A stretch of 64,000 bases of DNA from an uncultured Candidatus Saccharibacteria bacterium (GTDB lineage Bacteria; Patescibacteriota; Minisyncoccia; Phycocordibacterales; PALSA-1337): the NCBI GenBank assembly GCA_964357605.1, contig CAYHLX010000003.1:1579-65578 (forward strand). The letters are read 5' to 3'. The position numbers and the translations under genes are program-made. The notes below the pieces were generated by a model. That model was not told where the DNA came from and made no database searches. It was given only the letters and a program-made list of their open reading frames with translations. Positions 17,849 to 27,675 of the stretch are shown here, one piece after another (position 1 is the stretch's first letter; each line of letters opens with the position of its first letter).

Positions 17849-19681
17849 CTACATGAGCCTAATTGGTGTCACGGCCATGCTGACCATACCGTGGACTTTG
17901 AAGCATTCCCGAGGCACAGCACAGCCATGTACTGAGACAATTTCTCCATTGAGTACCCAAGGACGCATGAGAAGGCGGCAACGGAACATTTCTGCCCTGG
18001 CCTTTCCTGTGTGCCATGCTGGAATTGCAATCACTCCAGTATCGAACATTTTTTGAACGAGGAATGGCTCAGAAGCTTGTAACCGAGCACTAATCCATTC
18101 AGACCAATCTTTGCTCTTGATACCTCGTCCCATGAGCACACCGTAGGAGCGTGCAGATAAGCTGTTTGCTCCAACAATTTTCATGACCAGTCTATTCCTT
18201 ATTTTCTCAGGTAAGGTTAAAAGGTCTGTGAGGTTGCTGATTTGGTTTTGGCCAATGATGAAGGGTAATGAGTGCGCGCCTTCAACAAGGTGTGACTCTG
18301 GCAGAACCTGCTGAAGCAAAGACATTTCAGTGGGACTGATATGCTTTGCGAACAGGTCTCGGTATTTCCAAAACAGGTGGAACCAGGCTTTGTTGCCAAA
18401 GTGTCCCCATTCCGGATACATACTGACTTTTCCTTCACGGGCAGCGAACACCAGATCGGCGAGTTTCCCCCCTGTTTCAAAGATGGGGAATTGACGCCAA
18501 ATGGCGCCAAGACGTGAACCGTTATGATAGACTCCATCACTTTTGATCGTGAGTTCGTGGAGTTGGTCAGTCATGAGTAGTCGAATATCGTAGCCTTTCT
18601 CGACAAGATGGTTGACCAACCACGCTGTTTCTGGAACGTAGCACTTTGACCACTGGTGCGAAACGAGGAAGAGAAGAGGTCCTTTACGTGTGAGCCAGTC
18701 AAAAAAATCTCTCCATCTTTCCTCATTCATTTCGTAGGCATTATCCAAAAGAACGAGTTCTGGCATGCCGCCTGGCATTTCATCATTTTCAGATGCACTC
18801 AGACCTGATGGATGCCAATGAAGGTCCGGCCGGGTGACGGTGAAGCAATCAACGCCGGGATTGAGGTAAACTTCACGGAGTCGAGGTTCCTGAAGTGTCA
18901 CCCCTGACAAGATTACTCTTTGTATATCCTCGTCTTGACGAAGAAGTAAGTGTGAAGCTTTCTCAAAATTTCGCATTGCGGTGACGACCGATTGGATCAT
19001 TTCTCTTTCAAAACCAACAGGCTCAGGCAAAACCCGAACCCAACTGATTTTAGATCCACGAGGCAATTCCATGGCGAAACTTCGATCGGCAATAGCGGCG
19101 GCTAGATCGGGACCACTGTTGAGCGCCGCGATTTTTGTGGCGATTGCGCTTGGGTCTATTTCGATAATTTCCCTTGGCCCGTCAGTTCCTTTCTTTGGCG
19201 TGCCCCAGGGAAAATTTCCCTTATCGATTTCTAAAAGAAAACGTTTCCCAAAATGAGCTCGTGTTTGTCGAGCGCAGCCGGCATAGTGGTTTTCATTGTG
19301 GCATCTTTCTCCGATTTTGACACACCACGCTGTTCCTGTTGCCCAATCTGGTACGATAGAAGACCTGGCGACTGCCGTGTTGAAACGACGATTGCCGGTG
19401 TTTCCATCAAAGATTGCTACGGATTTTGGTCCAGCAATCAAGCATGCTTCTTCGGAAGAACCGCAGACAATGCTCTTGTAAGCGACGCCCTCTAACTTTG
19501 CTAACTGCTTCATCACTCCGACACTACGAGGATTACTGATCCCTGCATTGTGCAAGGTAAAGAAGGTATCTGGCTTGTCGAAGATCTGAGCTTTTACCTG
19601 TGGAACGATCAATTCATTGTTCATGATAATAACAAGTTTTGGTTTAACAATGTGCAATTCAGCTCGTCCTGTACATGACAT
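17849..19681 (-). CDS. Large hypothetical enzyme. Tentatively a glutathionylspermidine-synthase-like (pre-ATP-grasp/ATP-grasp) amide ligase with an N-terminal Cys-containing domain. GC-rich relative to its neighbours.
   Basis: C-terminal YPEWGHFGNKAWFHLFWKYRDLFAKH is reminiscent of the GspS/YgiC W-x-NK-x-LW-x-F-HP block. GC is roughly 50% by eye. The family assignment is from memory and is weak. Confidence 0.4.
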   Translation of the reverse strand: MSCTGRAELHIVKPKLVIIMNNELIVPQVKAQIFDKPDTFFTLHNAGISNPRSVGVMKQLAKLEGVAYKSIVCGSSEEACLIAGPKSVAIFDGNTGNRRFNTAVARSSIVPDWATGTAWCVKIGERCHNENHYAGCARQTRAHFGKRFLLEIDKGNFPWGTPKKGTDGPREIIEIDPSAIATKIAALNSGPDLAAAIADRSFAMELPRGSKISWVRVLPEPVGFEREMIQSVVTAMRNFEKASHLLLRQDEDIQRVILSGVTLQEPRLREVYLNPGVDCFTVTRPDLHWHPSGLSASENDEMPGGMPELVLLDNAYEMNEERWRDFFDWLTRKGPLLFLVSHQWSKCYVPETAWLVNHLVEKGYDIRLLMTDQLHELTIKSDGVYHNGSRLGAIWRQFPIFETGGKLADLVFAAREGKVSMYPEWGHFGNKAWFHLFWKYRDLFAKHISPTEMSLLQQVLPESHLVEGAHSLPFIIGQNQISNLTDLLTLPEKIRNRLVMKIVGANSLSARSYGVLMGRGIKSKDWSEWISARLQASEPFLVQKMFDTGVIAIPAWHTGKARAEMFRCRLLMRPWVLNGEIVSVHGCAVPRECFKVHGMVSMAVTPIRLM

Positions 19682-19733
19682 GTTCAGGTGCTGATGTGAA
19701 AAATGATCATTTCTCGCATCAATTCCCGAACGA

Positions 19734-19758
19734 AAAACCTCCGGTGGTCCGGAGGTTT
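19734..19758. promoter_or_regulatory. Perfect hairpin AAACCTCCGG-tggt-CCGGAGGTTT in the divergent region between the ligase gene and pilB
   Basis: 10-bp perfect inverted repeat. It lies in the 5' region of the minus-strand ligase gene. Confidence 0.5.
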
Positions 19759-19977
19759 AGAGTTGATTATATGAGATATTTCCTTAGTGAATAGACATAG
19801 ACATATGATCAAACTTTAAACCTCCGCCTGTATACTTTGTGTGCAGCCAAGCAAAGCAAGCCATCTTTCGAAGGCGGAGAATGTTTTTCATGAAATGTGA
19901 TCGGGTCGTTTGCATATGTTATGGAGGTAAGTATAGGGCTAATATCTCTTTTAAGTCAAGTCAGCTGCAGGTAGTGA

Positions 19978-21792
19978 ATGAAAGGGTTTTTGTCTTTATA
20001 CACAATAATATATGTAGATCCTCATGATATAATTATGGGGCTTATGTTCATTGAAGACTCCCAACTAAACAAATTTATCATTGACTCCAATCTTGTCTCT
20101 CAAGCTGATTTGGAATCTGCCAAAATTGAGGCTGAAAAAAAGGGTACTCGCATCGGAGATATTCTCGTAAGTTCTGGAAAAATCACCGAAGACAACCTGC
20201 GTCGCATGCAAGCTTATGTTCTAGGTATTCCTTTCGTAGATTTAAAGGATCGTAAGATTCCCTTTGAAACCCTCTCCCTTATTCCAGAACCAGTAGCACG
20301 CACTCACAATATTGTCGCTTTCAAAAAAAGCGAAGACTCTCTAGAGGTGGCTATGTTGGATGTAGATGATCTATCCGCCATCGATTTCATTAAGAAAAAA
20401 GTTAATCTCAAGATTTTGGCACGTCTCACCGATACCGAATCTATCAAGAGCGCCATAATTCAATATCAAAAAAGCTTGAAGGCGGAGTTCGGAGACCTGA
20501 TCCAAAAGGAGACGGAAACCCTAAAAACTATTGCCGAAGGGACGGGGAACGATGCTTCTGAAGAAGATTTGAAAAAGATTGCTGAAGATCTACCTGTAGT
20601 GAGAATTGTGGATACTCTTTTGAAACATGCCATCATTCAGAACGCTTCCGATATCCATATTGAACCCATGGAGATGGAACTTTTGGTTAGGTACCGCATA
20701 GACGGACTTCTCCATGATGCCATGGTTCTACCAAAGAACGCTGAACCATCTATCACCGCCCGCATCAAAGTACTTTCCAGTCTCAAGCTTGATGAAAAAC
20801 GCCTACCTCAGGACGGTCGTTTCAAGGTAGATATGAATAACGAAAAAGTTTCTTTCCGTGTTTCTGTCCTACCAACTTACTATGGAGAAAAGACCGTTAT
20901 GCGTCTCTTGCGCGAGAATGTTTCTGGATTTACTCTAGAGTACCTGGCTTTTCATGGGGAAGGGTTAGAGGCCATTCATCATGCCGTAACTCAAACCACT
21001 GGCATGATCCTTACTACCGGACCAACGGGATCTGGGAAGACGACCACCCTCTATACTATTCTAGATATCTTAAATACTCCCGATGTAAATATTTCAACCA
21101 TTGAGGATCCAGTAGAATATCAGATGAAGAGGATTAATCAGACGCAGGTAAATCCTGATATTGGCTTCACCTTTGCTTCTGGTTTGCGTACTCTAGTTCG
21201 TCAGGATCCAGACATTATCATGGTGGGAGAAATTCGTGACAACGAGACCGCGGCTCTGGCAGTGAACGCTTCCTTGACAGGTCACCTAGTGCTTTCCACC
21301 CTTCACACCAATAGTGCCGCTGGAGCTATTCCACGTCTTCTGGATATGAAGATTGAACCATTTCTCCTAGTTTCAACCATCAACATTATTATTGCCCAGA
21401 GATTGGTCCGTAGACTTTCTGACACCAAGGAGAAATATTTTCTTTCAAAAGCGGAAGTAGAAGCTCTCGGCAAAACAGTGAATTTGGAGAAGGTCTTAGG
21501 TTTCCTTAAAACAGAAAAGGTCGTAAAATCTGTAGAGTCTTGGGAAAAAATCCCTTTTTTTAAGGCAGTACCAAACAAGGAGGATGATGGTTACAAGAGT
21601 CGTATTGGTATTCACGAGGTCTTGAGAGTGACTCAGGGCATTAGAGAATTGATCATCAAGGGTGGAACGGCTGAAGAGATCGAAAATCAGGCGAAAAAAG
21701 AGGGAATGCTCACGATGCTCGAGGATGGAATCTTTAAGGCGGTTCAAGGACACACGACGATCGAGGAAGTTTTACGTGTTATTTCTGAGTAG
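19978..21792 (+). CDS. pilB: Type IV pilus assembly ATPase (GspE/PilB family). The start is probably an internal Met.
   Basis: T2SSE N-domain. Walker A GPTGSGKTTTLY. His box and Asp box context. Confidence 0.9.
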   Translation: MKGFLSLYTIIYVDPHDIIMGLMFIEDSQLNKFIIDSNLVSQADLESAKIEAEKKGTRIGDILVSSGKITEDNLRRMQAYVLGIPFVDLKDRKIPFETLSLIPEPVARTHNIVAFKKSEDSLEVAMLDVDDLSAIDFIKKKVNLKILARLTDTESIKSAIIQYQKSLKAEFGDLIQKETETLKTIAEGTGNDASEEDLKKIAEDLPVVRIVDTLLKHAIIQNASDIHIEPMEMELLVRYRIDGLLHDAMVLPKNAEPSITARIKVLSSLKLDEKRLPQDGRFKVDMNNEKVSFRVSVLPTYYGEKTVMRLLRENVSGFTLEYLAFHGEGLEAIHHAVTQTTGMILTTGPTGSGKTTTLYTILDILNTPDVNISTIEDPVEYQMKRINQTQVNPDIGFTFASGLRTLVRQDPDIIMVGEIRDNETAALAVNASLTGHLVLSTLHTNSAAGAIPRLLDMKIEPFLLVSTINIIIAQRLVRRLSDTKEKYFLSKAEVEALGKTVNLEKVLGFLKTEKVVKSVESWEKIPFFKAVPNKEDDGYKSRIGIHEVLRVTQGIRELIIKGGTAEEIENQAKKEGMLTMLEDGIFKAVQGHTTIEEVLRVISE

Positions 21793-21803
21793 TTTTTTAA
21801 ATC

Positions 21804-23021
21804 ATGTCACATTTTATTTTTAAAGCAAAAAGACCAGGTGGGCAAGTATACAAAGGGGAGCGAGACGCTCGCGATCGTTATGAACTTTATAAAATCATCA
21901 AAGAAGGAGGAGAAGAAGTTATTTCTGTGGAAGAGAAAAAAAGCTTTTCTTTTAAAAGTCTCAATATACAATTGCCATTTCTGAATGGAATTAAAGCTCA
22001 AGAAAAGATAACTTTTACTCGTAATCTAGGTTCGATGATTAAAGCTGGACTGTCTATGTCTAGAGCTCTTTCGGTAATGCAAAAACAAGACAAGAGTAAG
22101 AAAATCAAGACCATTATTGCTACGATTAGTGAAGAAATTAGCAAAGGTAAAACGTTGAGTGACGCGATGAGGATGTTTAAAAACATGTTTTCTCCCCTCG
22201 TCATCTCGATGGTTCGCTCAGGAGAAGAGAGTGGAACACTCGCTGAGTCTCTAAGAGTCGTGTCTTTGCAGATGGATAAAAATTATCTATTACAAAAGAG
22301 AATCAAGGGGGCGTTGATGTATCCGGCTGTCATTCTCTTTGCGATGATTATTATCGCCATTATTCTTCTCACATACATTGTTCCAACACTTACAAAGACA
22401 TTTACCGAGTTGAATCTCGCTTTACCACTATCTACCAAGTTTGTTTTGTGGGTTAGTGAAACCATCAGGAATCATGGCATCCTTCTCTTTCTAGCTTTAA
22501 TTGTGATCTGTGGTGGTTTATATATCTGGTCAAAACAGCTGAGTGGAAAAAAAATACTACATTATCTCATCTTAAAGATTCCTGTTATCGGAAATCTCAT
22601 AAAAGAAGTCAACGCCGCTCGTACAGCTAGAGCCCTCTCTTCTTTGGTGAATTCTGGAGTCGATGTTTTGGAATCATTGCGAATTACTCAGGATATTGTT
22701 CAGAATGTTCATTACAAAAAGGTTTTGGAAGATGCTGTTAAAACTGTTGAGAAAGGAGAGCCTATTTCTAAAATATTTACTGAAAATTCACAATTGTACC
22801 CATTATTCCTCGGTGAGATGATTAGTGTGGGAGAAGAGACTGGTAAAATAGGGGAGATGCTTATGGGGGTGGCGGTTTTTTATGAAGAGGATGTGGATCA
22901 AAAAACCAAAGACATGTCTTCGATTATTGAGCCATTTTTGATGATTATTATTGCGGCAGCTGTGGGATTCTTTGCAGTAGCGATGATTTCGCCCATGTAT
23001 TCTTTGGTTGATGCTATCTAA
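21804..23021 (+). CDS. pilC: Type IV pilus / T2SS inner-membrane platform protein (GspF/PilC family)
   Basis: Duplicated T2SSF domain architecture with 3 TM segments. Confidence 0.85.
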   Translation: MSHFIFKAKRPGGQVYKGERDARDRYELYKIIKEGGEEVISVEEKKSFSFKSLNIQLPFLNGIKAQEKITFTRNLGSMIKAGLSMSRALSVMQKQDKSKKIKTIIATISEEISKGKTLSDAMRMFKNMFSPLVISMVRSGEESGTLAESLRVVSLQMDKNYLLQKRIKGALMYPAVILFAMIIIAIILLTYIVPTLTKTFTELNLALPLSTKFVLWVSETIRNHGILLFLALIVICGGLYIWSKQLSGKKILHYLILKIPVIGNLIKEVNAARTARALSSLVNSGVDVLESLRITQDIVQNVHYKKVLEDAVKTVEKGEPISKIFTENSQLYPLFLGEMISVGEETGKIGEMLMGVAVFYEEDVDQKTKDMSSIIEPFLMIIIAAAVGFFAVAMISPMYSLVDAI

Positions 23022-23027
23022 ATTGTT

Positions 23028-24827
23028 ATGAAAAAGGGCTTTACTTTAATAGAGATACTGGTCGGGGTCGCTGTTTTTCTCATTGTGGCAACTGGTGTAT
23101 ATCGAGCTTACACTAGCCTCTTTGTTTTAACTAGCCTCAATCAGTACAAAATTCTTGCTTTAAATTTAGCTAATGAACAATTTGAAATTGTACGTAACTT
23201 AACCTATGCTAATGTCGGTGAAATAAGTGGTATTCCAAATGGAACCATTCCTCCAGTTCAAACTTTGATCCGTGGAGGCATCACCTTTAAGGTGACCACT
23301 ACCGTCAGAAATGTGGACCTACCTTTTGATGGAACCATTGGTGGTTCTCCAAATGATCTTTCTCCGGCAGATAATAAATTGGTTAATGTGAAAGTGGAAT
23401 GTGAGACCTGTAAAGATTATTCTCCTATTGAACTCACCACCACTATTGCTCCTAAAAATCTTGAAACAGCTTCTACAAATGGGGCACTCTTTGTAAAGGT
23501 CTTTGATGCCAATGGTCTGGCTGTTTCAGATGCGGCAGTGAGAATTGTAAATAGTACAGTAAGTCCAAACATTATTGTTGAAGATGTGACAGATGTAAAT
23601 GGCATGCTTCAGATTGTTGATGTTCCTCCAGGAGTTCAAGCCTATTCTATTTCTGTCTCAAAAGATGGGTATTCTTCTGCTCGGACATATCCTCCAGGTG
23701 GAGTGGTGAATGGATATTTGAATCCTACCCCAACTCAACCAGATGCTACGGTGGTGATCCAGCAGGTGACTCAAGTGAGTTTTGCTATAGATAAAGTGAG
23801 CACCCTTTCTTTTGATAGCGTGACTCCGATGTGTGTACCTATCGGTGGGGTGGATTTTAATCTTTCTGGATCAAAAACGGCTGGTGTTGGTATTCCAGAA
23901 TTTTTGAGAAATTTAACCACTGATGGATCTGGTAATTACTCTAGTTCAACGATGGAATGGGATGCTTACAATGTAGTTGGCATTGATAGCAATTATAATA
24001 TTATTGGTCTCAATCCCTTAAATCTGATCCCACTCAATCCCGATAGTGTGCAGAATGTAAAAATGATTGTGGACACCAAAGACCCGAGAAGTTTATTAGT
24101 GACAGTTAAAGATAGTGTGACTCAACTACCTCTGACTGACGTGACCGTAGAAGTCAGTGGTCCAGGTTCGTATTCCTCAACCAAGATTACTGATCGTGGT
24201 CATCTCAATCAGACTGATTGGTCAGCTGGCGCAGGGCAAGAGATGTATATCAATCCACTCGCTTATCTTATAGACGATGGTGGTGTAAGTGTAGATAGTC
24301 CAGTAGGGGAAATAAAGCTTAGAGATATTTTTGGAAGCTTCTCCTCCTCGGGGACGCTTGAATCATCTACTATTGATGTAGGATCACCAAGTAATTTTTA
24401 TAATATAGTTTTAGAGCCAACAGACCAACCCATAGAAACTGGAGTAAATAGTGTGAGGTTGCAGTTGGCAACTAACAAAAAACTTACAGCTACCACTACC
24501 TGGGATTATAAGGGACCTGATGGTACTTCAGCTACATACTATACTCCATCGAATTCGGTAATTAGTGGTGTCCATAATGAAGATCGCTATGTTCGTTACA
24601 AAGTCTTTCTTTCTACAGAATCCGCTATTTCTACGCCAAATATTTCTGATATTTCCTTTACCTTTACTTCAGACTGTACTCCTCCAGGTCAAGTAGTTTT
24701 TACCGGACTAGATGCAGGCACATATCAAGTAACTGTTTCAAAGGCTGGTTATACACCAACCCAAGTTCAGGTGGTAATATCTACTTCTGATGATTGGATT
24801 GAACAACAAATCATCCTAGCTCCATAA
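23028..24827 (+). CDS. Large prepilin-type (class III signal peptide) protein: giant pilin or minor pilin with Thr/Ser-rich beta-domains
   Basis: MKKG-FTLIEILVGVAVFLIV is an N-terminal methylation/cleavage motif. Length 599 aa. Confidence 0.7.
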   Translation: MKKGFTLIEILVGVAVFLIVATGVYRAYTSLFVLTSLNQYKILALNLANEQFEIVRNLTYANVGEISGIPNGTIPPVQTLIRGGITFKVTTTVRNVDLPFDGTIGGSPNDLSPADNKLVNVKVECETCKDYSPIELTTTIAPKNLETASTNGALFVKVFDANGLAVSDAAVRIVNSTVSPNIIVEDVTDVNGMLQIVDVPPGVQAYSISVSKDGYSSARTYPPGGVVNGYLNPTPTQPDATVVIQQVTQVSFAIDKVSTLSFDSVTPMCVPIGGVDFNLSGSKTAGVGIPEFLRNLTTDGSGNYSSSTMEWDAYNVVGIDSNYNIIGLNPLNLIPLNPDSVQNVKMIVDTKDPRSLLVTVKDSVTQLPLTDVTVEVSGPGSYSSTKITDRGHLNQTDWSAGAGQEMYINPLAYLIDDGGVSVDSPVGEIKLRDIFGSFSSSGTLESSTIDVGSPSNFYNIVLEPTDQPIETGVNSVRLQLATNKKLTATTTWDYKGPDGTSATYYTPSNSVISGVHNEDRYVRYKVFLSTESAISTPNISDISFTFTSDCTPPGQVVFTGLDAGTYQVTVSKAGYTPTQVQVVISTSDDWIEQQIILAP

Positions 24828-24832
24828 ATACC

Positions 24833-25444
24833 ATGAAGACACAATCACAAAAAGCCTTTTCCTTAATAGAAATCATCGTAGTGGTGGCGATATTTTCCTT
24901 GATTATCGTCCTTGTCGGATCATTTCAAAGTAATATCTTGGTCTATAACAAATATTCAAGCGACGTAATTTCTAGTGCCCAAGATGCTCGATCTATTTTA
25001 CGTACGATGGTACAAGAAATGCGTTCGGCGAAGACAGGTAATAATGGATCGTACCCAATAGTTCAGGTGGCAACTAGTACGATAGTTTTTTTCAGTGACA
25101 CGGATGCTGATGGTTTACAAGAACAGATTAGATATTTTATTACCACTACTACCTTGACGAAGGGAGTGATCAAACCTTCAGGATCTCCTCTCTCATATAA
25201 TCCAGGTCAAGAAAAATTCTCTATCTTGGCTTATAATATAAAGAACGGAACTTCAACCAGTCTCTTTGAATATTTTGATAGTTCTTATAACGGCACATCA
25301 AGTCCTTTGGTTCAACCTGTCGCGGTCAACACAATTCGTCTTGTGAGGATAAATCTACTCATCGATGCTGATCCGAGACGTTCCCCATTACCTAGACTTT
25401 ATACTTCAGATGCCACATTTCGTAATCTAAAAGATAATCTATGA
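24833..25444 (+). CDS. Prepilin-type N-terminal domain protein (pseudopilin / minor pilin)
   Basis: QKA-FSLIEIIVVVAIFSLII. Confidence 0.65.
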   Translation: MKTQSQKAFSLIEIIVVVAIFSLIIVLVGSFQSNILVYNKYSSDVISSAQDARSILRTMVQEMRSAKTGNNGSYPIVQVATSTIVFFSDTDADGLQEQIRYFITTTTLTKGVIKPSGSPLSYNPGQEKFSILAYNIKNGTSTSLFEYFDSSYNGTSSPLVQPVAVNTIRLVRINLLIDADPRRSPLPRLYTSDATFRNLKDNL

Positions 25445-26895
25445 AAAATCCTAGTTTTTTAAAAGGAATCATCCTCATTAATGTTCTGATCTTTGCGGTC
25501 ATTGCTATTATTGTTACTTTAGCCTTAATCAATTGGGCAGCGGCTACTCTGCGTAACTCTCAACAATTAGCTTCACGCGAGCAAGCTTTTCAGGTGGCGG
25601 AGGCCGGGGTAGATTATTATCGGTGGCATCTTGCGCATGCTCAATCAGATTATACTGATGGAAATTCAGTTTCATCGACAGGACCATATGTCCATGATTT
25701 TAAAGATAAGGATGGTCAGGTGATTGGTCAATTTGCTTTGACGATTACCCCTCCACCTACAGGATCAACAGTAGTCAAGATCCGTTCAAGGGGTACTGTT
25801 GTTGATAATCCCAATGTTTCTAGAACCATCGAAGCAACTTTAGCGATACCATCATTAGCAAAATATGCTGTGGCGGCCAATGATGTGATGCGTTTCGGAG
25901 TTGGGACAGAAGTTTTCGGGCCAATTCATTCTAATAATGGTATTAGGTTTGAAGGACTTGCACATAACGTGATTACTAGTGCTAAGGATAAATATATTGA
26001 CCCAGATCAAGGTACTCACAATCCATCATGGTATCAGTTTGGCGTCTATACCACAGTTAATCCAAATGAAAAAAATACTGATTCTACTCCGCCAACCACA
26101 GTGCCAAATAGGCCGGATGTGTTTATGGCGGGTAGGCAGTTTCCTGTTCCAGCCATTGATTTTGTTGGATTGACTACCAATCTTTCTCAGATGAAAAGTG
26201 ATGCTCAAGCCAATGGGAAATATTTTGCTTCGTCTGGATCACAAGGTTACCAGGTTATCTTAAAGACCAACGATACTTTTGATTTATATCGTGTTACTTC
26301 TTTAACCAATCGCTCCAATGCTTGTGTAAATGATAATCAGGATCAAGCTAATTGGGGAACTTGGAGTATTCAAAATAAACAATTTATTCAAAATCATCCA
26401 TTTCCCGCTAATGGAATTATTTTCGTAGAAGATCATGTGTGGGTAGAAGGGCAGGTGAACACTGGTAGAGTGACGATTGCTGCCGGAAGATTTCCAGATA
26501 ATCCATCTACACGCAGAAGTATTACGGTCAATAATGATTTAACTTATACAAATTATAATGGTGAAGATAGTATCGCTCTGATTGCCCAGGGTGATATTAA
26601 TGCGGGACTATCAAGTCAAAATGATTTGAGAATAGATGCTGCTCTGGTAGCTCAAAATGGTAGAGTGGGGAGGTATTATTATTCTAGTGATTGTGGAACT
26701 GGTTATACACGTAGCATTATTACTCTCTACGGCATGATTGCCAGTAATAAACGCTATGGTTTTGCCTATACTGATGGTACAGGTTATCAGACCAGAGATA
26801 TTATTTATGATTCCAATCTACTCTATGCTCCTCCGCCGAGTTTTCCTCTGACTTCTAGTCAATACACAACTATTTCTTGGGATGAGGTGAAGTAA
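25441..26895 (+). CDS. PilX-N-like pilus assembly or minor pilin protein
   Basis: N-terminal hydrophobic segment followed by LRNSQQLASREQAFQVAEAGVDYY, which is PilX_N-like. Confidence 0.5.
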   Translation: MKNPSFLKGIILINVLIFAVIAIIVTLALINWAAATLRNSQQLASREQAFQVAEAGVDYYRWHLAHAQSDYTDGNSVSSTGPYVHDFKDKDGQVIGQFALTITPPPTGSTVVKIRSRGTVVDNPNVSRTIEATLAIPSLAKYAVAANDVMRFGVGTEVFGPIHSNNGIRFEGLAHNVITSAKDKYIDPDQGTHNPSWYQFGVYTTVNPNEKNTDSTPPTTVPNRPDVFMAGRQFPVPAIDFVGLTTNLSQMKSDAQANGKYFASSGSQGYQVILKTNDTFDLYRVTSLTNRSNACVNDNQDQANWGTWSIQNKQFIQNHPFPANGIIFVEDHVWVEGQVNTGRVTIAAGRFPDNPSTRRSITVNNDLTYTNYNGEDSIALIAQGDINAGLSSQNDLRIDAALVAQNGRVGRYYYSSDCGTGYTRSIITLYGMIASNKRYGFAYTDGTGYQTRDIIYDSNLLYAPPPSFPLTSSQYTTISWDEVK

Positions 26896-27672
26896 ATGTT
26901 ATACTTTCGGCATATGAAAAGGAAAATCATTGTCGGTAATTGGAAGATGCATCCGGTGAGTTTAGATGAAGCAAAAAGGATTTTTGGGGCTATAAAGAGG
27001 ACAGCAGGCAGACTTTCATCTACCCATGTGGTTGTTTGTCCATCATTTGTCTATATAGATGTTCTAAGGTCAAAAAGAGGTCCTTCGGTGGTCGGTATGG
27101 GCGCTCAAAATGTTTTTTTTGAACAAGAAGGTTCGTATACTGGTGAAATTAGCCCTATCATGCTAAAAGATTTTGGGGTGACTCATGTGATTGTAGGACA
27201 TTCAGAACGTCGGGCGATGGGAGAAACAGATGAAATAGTAGCAAAAAAGGTCCAAGCCATTCTAGAAGCTGGCATCCATCCTATTCTTTGTGTGGGTGAA
27301 AGTGTTCGTGACACTCACGCTCTTTATCTTGAAACTCTACGAAATCAAATCAAGAATTCTTTAACCAAAACTTCCAAGAAATTGATAAATCATCTAATCA
27401 TCGCTTACGAACCTGTCTGGGCCATAGAGGCTAAAGAGCCAATGGACACTGCGACGATTCAGGAAATGGCTCTGTTTGTAAAAAAGGTGGTATCAGATAT
27501 ATATGGCCATGACAATGGCATTGCTACCCCAATTCTTTATGGAGGTGCGGTGAACTTTAGAAATGCCGGGGATATTATTTCTAGAGGGGGAGTAGATGGA
27601 CTCTTGGTCGGCAGAGAAAGTGTGAATGCTCCTGGATTTACTGAGCTTCTCAAAGCTGTCGATAATCTTTAA
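26896..27672 (+). CDS. tpiA: Triosephosphate isomerase
   Basis: IVGNWKMH, VGHSERR, AYEPVWAIG. Confidence 0.9.
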   Translation: MLYFRHMKRKIIVGNWKMHPVSLDEAKRIFGAIKRTAGRLSSTHVVVCPSFVYIDVLRSKRGPSVVGMGAQNVFFEQEGSYTGEISPIMLKDFGVTHVIVGHSERRAMGETDEIVAKKVQAILEAGIHPILCVGESVRDTHALYLETLRNQIKNSLTKTSKKLINHLIIAYEPVWAIEAKEPMDTATIQEMALFVKKVVSDIYGHDNGIATPILYGGAVNFRNAGDIISRGGVDGLLVGRESVNAPGFTELLKAVDNL

Positions 27673-27675
27673 TCT

